A DNA stretch of 64,000 bases. Source: the human T2T-CHM13v2.0 reference genome, Homo sapiens. A program made the translations under genes and the position numbers. A model generated the notes under the pieces. It was not told where the DNA came from. It saw nothing but the letters and a program-made list of their open reading frames with translations, and ran no database searches. The number at the start of each line of letters is the position of its first letter. The stretch's first letter is position 1. Location of the stretch: NCBI RefSeq assembly GCF_009914755.1, contig NC_060929.1, one strand, 5' to 3'. Positions 1-16,709 of this stretch are shown here, piece by piece.

Positions 1-1042
1 AGCCCATGGGCAACAATTTTTTCAACTAAATTACAGTGCTTTTGTGGTACTTTTGCCTTTAGTCTTAAGATTTCACCCATTACAAAGTTACTTTTGTTGG
101 CACTGTTTCCCATTACTTCCTTCAATAAAGTTTCATACATTTGTAATACAGTTAGATTCCTTTGTCACAGTTTGCATTCTATCCTGGGCTCCCCTAATCT
201 CCTAAATGATTTTTTTTAATGTGCATACATCAGGACTTTTGCTTGCTGTAAAGTCCTATGGGTTTTAACAATTGCATAACATCATATATCTACTACTACA
301 GGACTATACAGAATAGTTTCTCTGGCTGAAAAAGTCTTCTGTACTCAATCTCTTTCTGACCTTTCTGTTATCCTTATAGCTTTTCCTTTTCCAGAATATC
401 ATATAAATTGAATAATACAGTAGGTAGCCTTCTAGACTGGCTTCTGGAACCTAGCAATATGGACTTAAGACTCACACACATCTTTGCATAACTTGATAAC
501 TCATTTCCTCTTATTGCTAAATAACATTCTGGTGTATGGGTATACCACAGTTTGTGCATCCATTTGTTTAAGGACATTTTGGTTGCTTCCAGTTTTTGGT
601 GATTTTTATTAAAGCTACTATAAATATTTGCATGCAGACATCTGTGTGGACATTCATTTTCAAGTTAGTTGTGCAAATACCTAGGAGCACTATTCCTAGA
701 TCATATGGTAAGACTATATTTAGTTTTGTAAGAAATTGCCAAATAGTGTTCTAAAGTGGTAGTCTCATTTTGCATCTGCACCAGTAATGAATGAGAATTC
801 TTATTGTTCCACATCTTCACCAGAAAATGGTACTGTCTGTTTTATCTTGTTAATTTTAGCCATTCTACTACATGTATAGTGGCATCTCATCGTTTTAATT
901 TGCATTTATCTAATGATAAATGACATTGAGCATCTTTTCATAAGCTTATTTGGCATTTGTATATGTTTTTTGGTGAGGTATTTTGCCAGACTTTTTGCCA
1001 TTTTTTAATTGGGTTGTTTGTTTTCTTATCTTTGTATTTTAA

Positions 1043-1830
1043 TGCAGCCAGCAGACACATGAAAAAATGCTCATCATCACTGGCCATCAGAGAAATGCAA
1101 ATCAAAACCACAATGAGATACCATCTCATACCAGTTAGAATGGTGATCATTAAAAAGTCAGGGAACAACAGGTGCTGGAGAGGATGTGGAGAAATAGGAA
1201 CGCTTTTACACTGTTGGTGGGACTGTAAACTAGTTCAACCATTGTGGAAGACAGTGTGGCGATTCCTCAAGGATCTAGAACTAGAAATACCATTTGACCC
1301 AGCGATCCCATTACTGAGTATACACCCAAAGGATTATAAATCATGCTGCTATAAAGACATATGCACACGTATGTTTATTGCAGCACTATTCACAGCAGCA
1401 AAGACTTGGAACCAACCCAAATGTCCATCAATGATAGACTGTATTAAGAAAATGTGGCACATATACACCATGGAATACTATGCAGCCATAAAAAAGGATG
1501 AGTTCACGTCCTTTGTAGGGACGTGGATGAAGCTGGAAACCATTATTCTGAGCAAACTATCGCAAGGACAGAAAACCAAACACCACATGTTCTCACTCAT
1601 AGGTGGGAATTGAACAATGAGAACACTTGGACACAGGAAGGGGAACATCACACACTGGGGCCTGTCATGCGGTTGGGGGAGGGGGGAGGGATAGCATTAG
1701 GAGAAATACCTAATGTAAATGATGAGTTAATGGGTGTAGTAAACCAACACGGTACATGTATACATATGTAACAAACCTGCACATTGTGCACATGTACTCT
1801 AGAACTTAAAGTATAAAAAATAAAATAAAA
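1043..1830 (+). mobile_element. 5'-truncated L1PA5/6-like LINE-1 (ORF2 C-terminus, 3'UTR, A-tail)
   Basis: ORF 957-1613 ends ...[13 protein letters not shown], the canonical ORF2 C-terminus. G-rich 3'UTR and A-rich tail at 1812-1830. Confidence 0.93.
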
Positions 1831-1975
1831 TGAAAAGGTCTCGGTATATTTGGGATACAATATGTAATCAGATATGTGTTTTGTAATTTTTTTTTTTTCA
1901 AATCTGGGGCTTATCTTTTTATTCTTGTAGCAGTGTCTGTCACAGAGCAGAATTTTAAACTTTTAATATAATCCA

Positions 1976-2690
<715 letters not shown>

Positions 2691-3132
2691 GTTCAAATTA
2701 CCATTGTTTTATTTTTTTCTTTTCTTTAAAGGATTATGTTTCTTTGTTGTTTCTAAAAACTCACCACCAAACCCAAGGTTACTTAGATTTTCTCCTGCTT
2801 TTCCCTAGAAATTGTATAGATTTTTATTTTACACTTAGATCTATGATCTATTTTCCATTAATTTTTACATAAAGTATAAATTCGGTGTCTTGGAAAAATG
2901 TTTTGCATGTGGACATCCAGTTGTTCCAACATCATTTACTGAAATGACTATCCTTTCTTGATTGAATTGCCTTTGTGCCTTTGTTAAAAGTAAGTTGACT
3001 ATATTTGTGTGGGTCTGAGCAACAAATTTTAATACTTGGTTATTTTTCCATATATGATATAATCCATTAAAGTCCTTTCATAATTTTTTTATGTTTGCAA
3101 CAGCAGATTTTATTACTCTTCCTTTCCTCTAG

Positions 3133-3323
3133 ATCATTCATCAATAAAAACCACTTCAATTTCTGTAGGCTCTACAAAAAAAAGGTGATATAAATTTCTT
3201 ACATCAACTAAAAATGATTCATAATCATTTTCTTATTTTCACCTCTAGGCGACGAGGAAGATAAACTCCCTTTCGAGTCACAGACTTAGAAAAATACATA
3301 TTATGAATTTTAAAAGTTGGGAG
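3133..3323 (+). other. Candidate exon pair (3133-3184 and 3249-3323) of an unidentified transcript
   Basis: Two strong acceptors (cttcctttcctctag, ttattttcacctctag) and donors AAG|gtgata and GAG|gtatgc in non-repeat DNA, with retained CpGs and compatible open frames. No protein recognised. Confidence 0.35.
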
Positions 3324-3679
3324 GTATGCTTTCTATATCAGCTGTGAAAGAATTTTGCATTCAGACTAAACAAGACAAGAGAGGGAATTATTATGAAATA
3401 TGAGTTTCTGCTCTACGGCTGACTTATTTTATGACTTCATGAAAATGCATAGTGGTTTGTGTGCAGGGGCAGGGGTTGTGACTCTGCCCCTGCACCGACC
3501 ATGCACTCAAACTGCTATGAGATACACACATTGTAAAGCAAGCTCTAAGAGGATGAGGACTTCACCTACTCCAAGCAGAGTCTCTCACACACAGTCACAG
3601 CTCAGCAAATATTTGGTAAGTGAAAGATGATGGCAAAAGCTTGAATAAACTAAATTCAGTGAATAACGTAAGGGTGGAC

Positions 3680-4312
3680 CAGGGGCTGAATCTGGGTCAC
3701 AGATGTGTTTTAAGTTTCTCACACTTAAGAACATAAAAAACAGTGTTTCTTAAAAATCTGTACTCATTTCCCACACTTTTACTTTATTTTTAAAAGACAG
3801 GGTCTCTCTCTATCATCCAGGCTACAGTACAGTGACATAATCATAGCTCACTGCAGCCTAAATATTCTGGGCTCAAGTGATTCTTTTACCTCAGCCTTCC
3901 AGGTAGCTGGGACTACAGGAGCATGCCATCGCACCATGCTAATTTTTTTTATTTTTTATTATTATTTTTTTTGAGATGGGTTCTCATTTTGTTGCCTAGG
4001 CCAGTCTCAAACTTTTGGCTTCAAGTGATCCTTCTGCCTCAACCTTCTAAAGTGCTGGGATTACAGGTGTGAACCACCATGATCATTCTCCAACATTTTT
4101 AAATGGAAAATTCTCATGAAAATCCAGAGAATCCAGCAACACAGAGCCTTTATTCCCATTGACTATAACTGAGTAATTGTGCCCTTTTAGAGAGGACAGG
4201 TGCTCTACCATTTGCCACAATTGCTACCACTCCTACTTGTCAAACACATGGCCAGCTTTACACATTGTCTTCATCTGTATTGTCCCCACATACATTTGAG
4301 TTTGCAACCCTC
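3680..4312 (+). mobile_element. MER102 (hAT-Charlie) DNA transposon interrupted by AluJ
   Basis: 3' end catttgagtttgcaaccct and internal gcccttttagagaggacagg match MER102. Confidence 0.65.
3783..4082 (-). mobile_element. AluJ
   Basis: Antisense Alu with J-type features (catagctcactgcagcct, ctgggctcaagtgat); highly diverged. Confidence 0.88.
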
Positions 4313-4429
4313 GTTATATAGACTTGGGTATCTAAGTATTTAGACAGATTTCTGGGGATTAGAAGAACAAACAAATTATCTCATAACAATAATTTTAATA
4401 ATAAGAAAATGTCTAATTTGTTTAGAATT

Positions 4430-4620
4430 AGAGCTATGCCAGGCCTAATGTGAAGTACTTGGCATAAATGTATGTTTTATTATTTACAATAATCCTAGAT
4501 AGTAGCTACATATGCTGTTCCTTTTTATGGGTGAGAGGTAACCACCTTGCTCACAAGTATAGCTAATATAAGGCAGAATAGGCATAAAAGCTCAGGTCTA
4601 AACTCCTAACCATTTAACTA
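4430..4620 (-). mobile_element. MIR fragment
   Basis: Degenerate antisense MIR (tatgccagg...acaataatcct...ccttgctcac). Confidence 0.55.
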
Positions 4621-4899
4621 TTATTTAAACCACTTTGTCATTTTCTAGAGAGCAGGAGAAATTCATTGCTGGTGATAAAAGGGGTTGAATATGCGTAGAT
4701 ATTAAGGTATTTTCTCATGTAAAGGATGGTTTAATGTTATTAATATGATAAGTAAATGGCCCACATTGTGTTATAATTAACATGTATAGAGAATAGAGGG
4801 CTGAGATTAACATCTTTAGTCCTACAAGCATAATAGTGAAGTTAGATCAAGACAATGAGGCTATGGTTACAAAGAGTAACCAGATGCTGGGATTAATGT

Positions 4900-5230
4900 T
4901 AGCAGACATCAGACATAGCCATATCAGGAATTATCTCAACTGCAGAAAGCTACCTGGCCAATGGCATCCATCCAATGACTACTTGATGAGTCAGTATAAA
5001 GATTGGCCACCTATGCCCAATGCTTGACTATGCTGAAGTACTATTCTAGCTCCAGAGCTTCAAGTTGTGTCAACTGAGGAATCTTAGGGCCAGTATCACA
5101 ATTAAACTCCTCTCTCTACTCGATTATGCATCCTTCTCTTTTAAAGATTTTGTCCCAAGAGCACATCTTTTTGAAAAATTATGCACATTATGCTTCAAAT
5201 GTGAGTCTGTTTTCTGGGCAACTAGTGACA
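4900..5230 (+). mobile_element. LTR16-like ERVL LTR fragment
   Basis: ccaatgact...tataaag, gctccagagct, ccaagagcac, gagtctgttttctggg...gaca end. Confidence 0.55.
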
Positions 5231-7476
5231 GTTTTCTTCCATGTAAGAAATGCCATCATGCAGCCCAGGTGAAGCAATGTGCCTCCATAAATACATTTCA
5301 TTATTATTATTATTTATTTAGCAATAATGACTAACATCTATAGAATAATCAGAATTTCTAAAATGCTAATGAATTAATCTTCTGAAAGTTGTCACATATG
5401 CTCATTTAAATAATCTTACTTACTGAATCAGAACCCATCAGCTAGCATGTGTTACATCATTGACTTGACTATAGGGAATAAAATCAAATGACTTCGAGTT
5501 TTTAAATGTTTCAAAACTAAAAGTTCTGTATCCACACTGTACACAGCTGTAGAAACAGTTCTACAATTCCATTGCTAACCCTGTATGACCAATATTACAT
5601 CACTTTGACAATTTCACAACAATAAGGGCTGTGTTTCCTATATCAAGATTATTAACTCAGCTTTTATTGGACACCCGCTAAAGTTTGTCATTGTTTGTAA
5701 ATACAGCAGAATATATTAAAATTATTTTGTGATTAGCCATATATTTGTAACTTGTATAAGAAACTTGTTTACTTGGAATGGACTTACCCTGATCCATGTA
5801 GTTTAGGTGATAGAACCATGAATCCCTACAGTGATGTTCTATTTCTGCATTTAATGCCATATTTCCCTGAAGTTCTCATAACTTATAAGTGAATCTCTGC
5901 TTGGGGATACCACTAAACTATACTGGCCTCAAAATGAGAATTTCCAGATGAATGAATTTCTTTTTGAAAGATTTGTTGAGAAGGTTGCTGTCCAAACAAC
6001 AAACATGTTTTTTATTCTGTGAGAGCAAAAAACACATCAGAGCTTCACAGCCATTTTGCTGTGAATGAGGTACTAGGGAACATAGATATTGATTTCCTCA
6101 ACCCCAGGGCTGCTCACCAGCTCTGAGCTGGTTGCCTGTCCTGGGCTGATTGCTTTTGATTATTTGCCCAATGTGTTATACTAATGTGGAAACATTTATG
6201 ATGCACCAGAAAACATTGTAGCAAACTTTAGATTATACAAACACAAGGATTAACATTGAGTTAAAATTCCTGCATGCATAGCCCTGCAAAAAAATTGATT
6301 TCTAAGTTGCCTCTGATGAAAAATTTATTTTGGAATTATTTTGTTATAAAGACTCAATTATAAAACTTAGTGATAAGGTAAGAAAAAAAAGAAGAATCAT
6401 GGTAATATAATTTATTTTCTAAGTAGGAGGGTGGTTTAAGTCAGTGTTACACACTTTCTAGTATTTCCCAAACATAGTTAATTGTGAAACCCTTTACACT
6501 GACTCATTGGAAAGTGGTGGTTGAAGTAAAGCCTGTTTTGCTGCAATAAACAAAAAACTAAAAGAAATTGATTGTAGATTTCATGATGATCCAAGTGTTG
6601 ATATAGTACAGAACACAAGGCAACTCCACAATGTGGATATAAGTACTGAATGCCAGATAGAAATAAATGATTGAATCATTGTTTTGTAGAATTTTAAATC
6701 TGGAAGAGTTCTTTAGAGATCTTAAGACCCACACACATCATTTTTCAGATATGAAAACAGATGTTCTAACTGAAAACAAAGATTTGCCTATGTTCATGTA
6801 GCGAATTGATGGAAGAGCCAGCTATGAAGGCAGAGACCTTGTTTATCTTATCTACATGTATTTATTAAGAAAATACATTAATAAACAAAACAAGTAGACA
6901 ATGTAATTTAAAAACCATATTTTACCAAGAAAAAGAGAATCAAAGGGATGATTTGTGAGAATTTGAGAAAAGTGAATTAGGACTTAGGAAAATGAATTAG
7001 GACTTAAGACTTTTCCTTTATACTTGGAAAAGAAATATAAGAATAAATCTTGGTGCAAAGCTGCTAAGATTTCCAGACAAAATATAGGGAAGTGAGATTA
7101 ATTGATTAATTTTGTGAGGCCAAAATCTCAGTGACAACAGAAGAAATTATTCTTTTAAAACCTATATGCTATGGCTTGACTTCTTGTTACCTCCAAAACT
7201 CATGTTGAAATTTAGCTTCCATTGTAGCAGGTTTTTTTTGGTTTTTTTATTTATTTTTTTATTTTATTATTATTATACTTTAAGTTTTAGGGTACATGTG
7301 CACAATGTGCAGGTTAGTTACATATGTATACATGTGCCATGCTGGTGTGCTGCACCCATTAACTCGTCACTTAGCATTAGGTATATCTCCTAAAGCTATC
7401 CTTCCCCCCTCCCCCCACCCCACAACAGTCCCCAGAGTGTGATGTTCCCCTTCCTGTGTCCATGTGTTCTCATTGT

Positions 7477-9623
<2,147 letters not shown>

Positions 9624-10094
9624 TAGGTGGGATTACTGCCATCATAAAGGGACAAGTTTGGGCCCCTTATGTCTCTTGGCCCTTCCATTTTCTGCCATGT
9701 GATGATGCAGCAAGAAGGCTCTTGACAAATGCCGGTACGTGTCAAGACAAATGCCAGGCTTGACTTCCCAGCCTCCAGAACTGTGAGCCAATAAATGTAT
9801 GTTCATTATAAATTAACCAATCTGTGGCATGCTACAGCAACACAAAATAAACTAAGACAATATACATAGTATAGTATACATTTTAAAGTTATATATTTTA
9901 CAATGTAACATATTTCAATAGGTTACATATTTGTTATTCCTTTCATATATTTACATTGTAAAATATGTGAGACAGTATTTTAAATATTTTATTTTGAAAT
10001 GTTGCATGTATAAAACAGAACATTATCAAAAACAACATAAAAATATGAAATGTGTTCCCTTAATACATATTGCATTTTGCAATACTTATATATT

Positions 10095-10705
10095 TCTAAT
10101 TTTTTATTATAGAAAATTTTAAGAGAGACAAAACAGAATAATTAACTCCCAAATACTCATCACCTAGCTTCAATAATTATCAACTCAAAACCCATTTTGT
10201 TATACCTGTACTTTACCTCTGTCTTTCATATCATTTTGAAACTAATCCCAAACCTTGTATATGTTTCCTTTTTGTTAACATAACAATATCATTCCCACAC
10301 CTCTTAATAATATGTTCTTAGTATTATCAGACATTCAGCTAGTATTAAGATTTTTAATTGTCTCATAAATATCATCATTATTATTTTGAAAGTTTGTTTG
10401 GTTGATCCAGAATAAAAATAAGATCCACATATTGAGATCAATTGCTATTACTCTAATTGTGATGTTTAATCTATAGGCTTTCCTTCATTATTTTCAGGGG
10501 AATTTTGCAATGTATTTGTTGAATAAACAAGATTGTAAAATTACCTTCAGCTTTGATTTTCCTCATTCCATGGTTATTGTATTATTGTATTGTTTAACAT
10601 GTTTCTCTGCACTGTGTATGTCCTGACACCTGATCGTTGCATCCTGAGTCCTGATTGGACACAGGTTCCATTTTTTTTCCCTGCTGAGACCACTACATAT
10701 ATATG

Positions 10706-10749
<44 letters not shown>

Positions 10750-11900
10750 AATAAGATTTTATGGGACTCCAATTTTGTGATATTAGCAGCTATTATTGAT
10801 TATCAATAGCCAGATCAATAATTTCATTGGGGACTGCAAAATGGTGATATGGTGATAATTTCTTTCTGCCATTTCTTCCTCATTAACTAACTGGAATCCT
10901 TCTATAAAGAGAAAGGCTCTCATCTACAGTTTAGCCACCCAAAAATGAAATTTGTATGGGAAAGACAGGATAGATACATGATTCTTTACCTTTAGCGGTT
11001 TTAAATCAATGAGTTGATTTTCTAGTATTTTTCAACAGTAACAAATTTTTGTCTTTTTTCATTTCATTATGAACTCAAGATTTAAATATATTTGATGTAT
11101 TGTAATATATTGCAAATATTATCTTTATCGATTATTACATTGTCCCATCTTCACTGCCTGTGTATATCACTAACTGTATGTACATTTTTCTTCAGTTAAA
11201 AAAAATGCCATCTTTGACCAGTTCTAGCCATTTCAAATTTGCTCTTGTCCTTTTAAATAAACTGGTGATGCTTGATATCTGATAATACCTTCTTATCTGT
11301 TAAAACAAAACGTCTCAGGCTTATCTTGGACACTTCCTACCTCATACCTGAAAATAGTCATTTCCCCAAGGACCACTCGTTTCTAATAGAAAGTAATACA
11401 TTTTAAGGCCACAATCTGAATTCTACAGGGGCTCATTCCTACTCCATTAGTATTGTTTCTAAACCTTTTTAGTATAAAAAGTTTAAGAATGCTTTAAATA
11501 AAATACAATCATTAATTTATACTGATAACTACAAATTCAAATTTTAAAATATAAGTTTTTATTTAAGCTCAATTATCTTAAATCTGAATCTCCTTTCTTT
11601 AAAGTCAAGAATCCCAGTCCTCAAAACACAAGGAATGATGGAATTAAAATATTATATAACTATACATTTGTTTTATCCCACAATACAAGCACAACAGTCA
11701 GAATAAGACTACCAAGATTACAAGTAACATTATAACTACTAAAAGCACTTTAAGATTTTTATTTACTTTTTTTTTTTTTTTTTGCAGTTCAGCTTGTCCT
11801 TAGGGTATATCCCACTAAGAATATTTACGTGTTGTATTTTCTTGAAATAGTTCCTTTCCTTCTGTTTTTTGCCACCACCTAGACACAAAGTTGGTGTATT
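10095..11900 (-). mobile_element. Old L1MC4/5-like 3' region
   Basis: ttattatagaaaatttt...catcacctagcttcaataattatcaac; ggactgcaaaatggtgatat; ttatgaactcaagatttaaatatatttgatg. Confidence 0.6.
10697..10743. repeat. (TA)n/(TG)n microsatellite
   Basis: Read directly from sequence. Confidence 0.95.
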
Positions 11901-12139
11901 TATTGTTAAGGAAGTCTTCTATTCGATTTTGTTTTATAATTAGGCAAATGATTTATATGATTTTTAAGCCAAACCTACAGAACAAAGCATATTCAGAGAA
12001 GTGTAGCTTCTCACGTCCCATCAAACCCATTATGTAAAATAGATTTTTATTATTCTATCACCTTTTGAACAATAAATGGAGCATATTGTGCATACTTTTT
12101 CCCCCTTGCTTGTTTGCCTAACAATATATCCAAAAGAGT

Positions 12140-13220
12140 TATCCCAATGTGATTGTGTTATTTTACATCCCCACTAGCAACATTTGTGAGGTTCAGTTGA
12201 CCCACATCTTAGCACATATTTAGTGCTGTCAAATTTTTTAATTGTAATTACCCTGACTATAAAATTGTGTAACATTGTGGTTTTAATTTTTATTTTCCTG
12301 AAACCTAATGATGTTGAGCACATTTTGATGTACTTTTTCACCATTCATGTATTTCCTTATATGAATGAAATACATTCATGTAGTTTTCTTTTTGTGAAGT
12401 GTCTGTTCAAGACATTTACCCATTTTTATAGGTTTGTCTTTTTATTGCAGATTTATAATAATCCTTCAATTATTATTGAATCAGGCATGTATAACATGGA
12501 TATTTTCTGCAAGTTTTTGACTTGCCTATTCATTTTCTTACTGGTGTCTTTTGAAGAGTTGATACATTTTGTTTAAATGAAATTTATCAGGTTTTTATTC
12601 TTTTATGGTCTGTGCTTTCAGCTCCTTTCTAAAAGATCTTTGCCTACCTCAAGTTTACAAAGTTACTCTCCTGGATTTCATTCTAGAAGCTTTGTATTCT
12701 TAGCTCTTATGTTTATATCTATGACCCATCTCAAATTAATTTTTGTATATGGTGTGAAGTAGGAGTTAAGATCGTTTGATTACATTTGTTGAAAGTACTT
12801 TTCCTTTCCTCATTAAATTTCATTGGCATCTTTGTCCAAATTAATCCATTGTATATTATAAAACTTATTTCTAGTCTCTCAATTCTAGCCTATTAAGTTG
12901 AATATCCTTACATCAAAACCATATAGTCTTGATTATTGTAGCTTTTTATTAATTCTTGAAAGCAGGTAACCTAAGTCATCCAACTTTATTCATTTCTTTT
13001 TTTTTTTTTTTTTTTGCTAACTCTGGTAATTTGCATTTTCAAATAATTTTAGACTCAGATTGTTAGTTACTACACACAAAAAAAAGATGGCCAAGATGTT
13101 CATTAGTATTACATTGATTCATTAGATAAATTTGGAGAAAATGGATATCTTTAAAATATTGAATCTTCCAATATTCCATATATTTTCTCATTTATGTAGA
13201 TCTTTAATTTTTTATTCAAA
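12140..13220 (-). mobile_element. Old L1M (L1MD/ME-like) ORF2 3' fragment
   Basis: tttgtgaagtgtctgttcaag, ctcaaattaatttttgtatatggtgtgaag, aatattgaatcttccaat. Confidence 0.75.
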
Positions 13221-13221
13221 T

Positions 13222-13503
13222 TTTTCTTTCTTTCTTTCTTTTTCTGAGACAGTCTCACTTTGTCCCCCAGGCTGGAGTGCAATGGCTCAATCTTGGCTCA
13301 CATCAAGGCTTCTGCCTCCTGGGTTCAAGCGATTCTCTTGCCTCAGCTGGGCACCACCACGCCTGGCTAATTTTTGTATTTTTAGTAGAGAGGGGGTTTC
13401 TCCGTGTTGCCCAGGATGCTTTCAAACTCCTGACCTCAAGTGATCTGCCCACCTCGGTCTCCCAAAGTGCTGGGATTACAGTCGTGAGCCACCGTGACTG
13501 GCC
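13222..13503 (-). mobile_element. AluS with small internal deletions
   Basis: Antisense Alu ending ...gagccaccgtgactggcc. Reads gcctcagctgggcaccacc where consensus has gcctcagcctcccgagtagctgggattacaggc. Confidence 0.88.
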
Positions 13504-14074
13504 AAATTTTATCTTTCTTGATATCAAGAGTTTTATACTTGCTTTTCTTGCATTTGTATTTGTCTGGTATATATTTTTATTTTTTACCTTTTTGAATCTC
13601 TTTTTAATTGTGCCTTTCAATATAGATAGAGTTGAATTTTGTATTGTTAGCCAATATTCTTTTTTATTTTAGTAGGTGTGTTATGCTCATTCACATTTAC
13701 TGATATATTAAGAACATATATTAATATATTAAGAAAAATTAAATGTGATTAGTATTAATATATTTGGTCTCAATTTCCTCTTTTTAAAATAGTATATAAG
13801 TATATACAAGTCTTCCATATAATTAGCTTGTAAATATGTGCTTCATTTCATTTAAGGCACAATTGCATTTTTTTCCTAGTAGTAACAGTAGTAAAGGTTC
13901 TAATAGTAAGGTCAGCTAATCAAGTAGTTATTTCTTCAAGCTGACCACTAGCTTGTTTGTTTGTAAAGTTATTGATGGAAACAGCCTTCAACAGTATTAC
14001 AATCATGGGATTTGGGGAGCATAACACATATCTCCTCTACCTGATCTTTTAAGCTTTATAATCACAGGTAATAT

Positions 14075-14270
14075 TAGAAATAGCTCAACCTTGAAGTCAA
14101 CAGTTATAGATCCAAATCTCAGCTCTACCACTGACTAGCTGTGTGAACTAGAAGAGTTACTTTACTTCTCTGAACTTCAGAACCTGACAACAATATTATA
14201 ACTACTTATAATGTCATCAGAATTAAATAACATTTGTAAAGCACCCCAAAAAGTAGGAGAGTGATAAAAT
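14075..14270 (+). mobile_element. MIR
   Basis: aatctcagctctaccactgactagctgtgtgaac...agttactttacttctctga core. Confidence 0.7.
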
Positions 14271-15229
14271 GTTAGGTACACTTTGGTTTAGAGGTAGCGC
14301 TGGAAGCTTGTTTCTGATACTTACCTTCTCACCACTGACAGTAAAAACAGTGAAGTCAATATGGCTACCTTAAGTGCACTGTATTATCTGAATATGATTG
14401 TAAGCCCCCACCAAAATGTGGACACTAAACCTGTGTGACAATGTTCTACTTCAGACTGTCACCCAGAAGATTTAGAAGCTTATATTGCTTTTATATTACC
14501 AGCTAAATAGAAACTAATCATTTTTAAGCTCTTATAGAGAACTCATGGTGCCCTGGGATCACATCTGTAGGCTCCAGGCTGGGAATCACAGGTTTGCTGT
14601 GTCTTACTCTCTGCATCTCTCTCTAGGAAGAGCAACATAGAAATTTGACAGTTATGATTGGGCAGCCATCTGTGAGCTTTGATGGAAAGCACTGTGTGGT
14701 CTGGTATGTCTTTATACAGAAACATTAATTAATAGAATTCACTCTAGGTTCACCAAAATTTAATTAATTGGATTAACTGAATTTCCACTGATTGCAAAAA
14801 GTATAACAGCACCAAGTTGAAGGGACTACTTTACTGTTGCAATTACAAATCCTCCATTTCATGATGGTGCTTGTCCTCTAAAACCCCAAGGATATATTCA
14901 GGGACAAGAGAGTCTGTTGGAAATGACCATCTTTGTTGCATGTCCTTTTATTCATTCCCTAGCACTTATGATGCCCCTATTGAAGCTTTGTAATTATGCT
15001 CAGCGACTATTATCAGAGTATGATAGAATCGGTGAAAATGGTATCCTGCTTTATTTTTGCCTTCTTAATCTATCTCCCACTTGGAAATATGCAGGTGAAG
15101 GGGCACTTTCTTCCAAAAACAATAAAGTTCATTATTTACTTTTTATGATTAAGAAAACAAAACAGGTCATTTATATCGTTTATAAAATATTGGCAAAATA
15201 CAGCAAAATAAATAAAAATAAAACATAAT

Positions 15230-15735
15230 GGATAATATATGTATTAAACACTTACTATATACAAGTAATGTCCTAATGCCTTATTTTCAAAATCTTATAA
15301 ATCAAATGTTCACAGCAATTCTATGAAAGCATTATTATGATTATTACTATTGTTGTTATTCATTTGTATAGTAAAGGAAATTGAGGTTCTGAGAGGTGAA
15401 ATAACTTTTCCAAAGTCACGCAGCTAAAAACAAAATTTATTTATAATCTCACTTTCGAGAGACATGCACTTTTAATATTGTAATAGTTTTTTCTCCATTC
15501 ATACATATTGTTTGTATCATGACTATGCTAGGCAAGTTAAACACTTCATTTCTGTTTATCTTTATGACAAAATTTTGAGGTGAGGTTAATCATTCCTATT
15601 ATAGAGATAATGAAACTGAAATAATTCAAGGTGATTAATTTGCTCAATGTCATACAACTATTAAGAGTGAGAGCCTAGATTACAACCCAAGTACTTCTGA
15701 CTGCAAAGAATATAGCCTGTCCGATATATATTGCT
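15230..15735 (-). mobile_element. Two MIR copies (about 15230-15430 and 15525-15735)
   Basis: ggaaattgaggttctgagaggtgaaataacttttccaaagtcacgcagct; gaaactgaa...ttgctcaatgtcatacaact. Confidence 0.7.
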
Positions 15736-16107
15736 GCCCCATTTTTTTCAACAATATTAAAATTATATCAATGCTGAGATTTAGGCCTTAGACTTCCAGA
15801 CACCAAGACTATGTTCTGTTCATTTGGTCACCCTCCCACTTAAAGATTCATGTTCTGTTGGACACAATTCTCCCTACATAGTATAGAAAAGACATCAAAA
15901 TTTTGTAAACAAAATTTCAATGCATTTAAGTTATATATGCACACACACATATATATAGTATGGTACCTGATAGAATAGGAACATAGTAGAGATTTGGAAA
16001 ATATTTGTCGAACGAATAAATGAGTAAGAAAGTACTAATAATCCATCTCCTATTGTGGATATGTAGAATTTTTTAAATTTATATCCATTACAAACCGCAC
16101 TGTCCAT

Positions 16108-16575
16108 GAATGATGGCAGATTGAATGCATACAACTATTTCTACTATCTCCTGAAACTTCACCAAAAATTCCAGTCATGGGAATTTTAAAGCATAAACAT
16201 AGGCCCAAAGGATAGAGAGAATAGGATAGGAGAGGGTAGGAGCAAATTTTTGAAAGCTGGAAAGCAAAAGGATGAGTAGTAACTGAGTTAGTAGATATGA
16301 TAATGTAAAATTGTAAGCTGGCAGTGAAAAACAAATGGAAAATCAAACCAGTTTTCAATGTAGAACCCAACAGGGATTCAGAAATCAGTAGTACCAAGTA
16401 CCTTGGCAAGTAGAAATTAAGATTCTGCTATAGAGAGAAAGATTGCTTGAAAGACCCAACTCTGTATTTCCACATGACTGCCCTTCCTACCCTAAGGAGA
16501 AGATTGTAGGTCAATTTTCCACAGAAGGAAAAAGAGACTGACTTGAGACTGGAGGATGCCAGGCACATTATGATG
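16108..16575 (+). mobile_element. HAL1-like 5' region
   Basis: tcctgaaacttcaccaaaaat, aaatttttgaaagctggaaagcaaaaggatgagtagtaactgagttag and cagggattcagaaatcagtagtaccaagtacc resemble the HAL1 5' consensus. Confidence 0.55.
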
Positions 16576-16709
16576 TGCCATAATGAACATGCAACAACTG
16601 GTCACTTGAGGGCAGGCCATGGGTAACAACTACTCACCAGCATAGTCTATCAGTGGGAAGGAGGAAAGGAATTTGTCTGTGGCCTCATTCCCATCCAGCT
16701 TTTCATTGG

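Noticed and set aside
957-1613. 218-aa ORF with hydrophobic N-terminus
   Set aside because: Antisense L1MC sequence fused by chance in frame to the L1PA ORF2 C-terminus.
12223-13672. Hydrophobic membrane-like ORFs
   Set aside because: T-rich antisense L1 and Alu translations.
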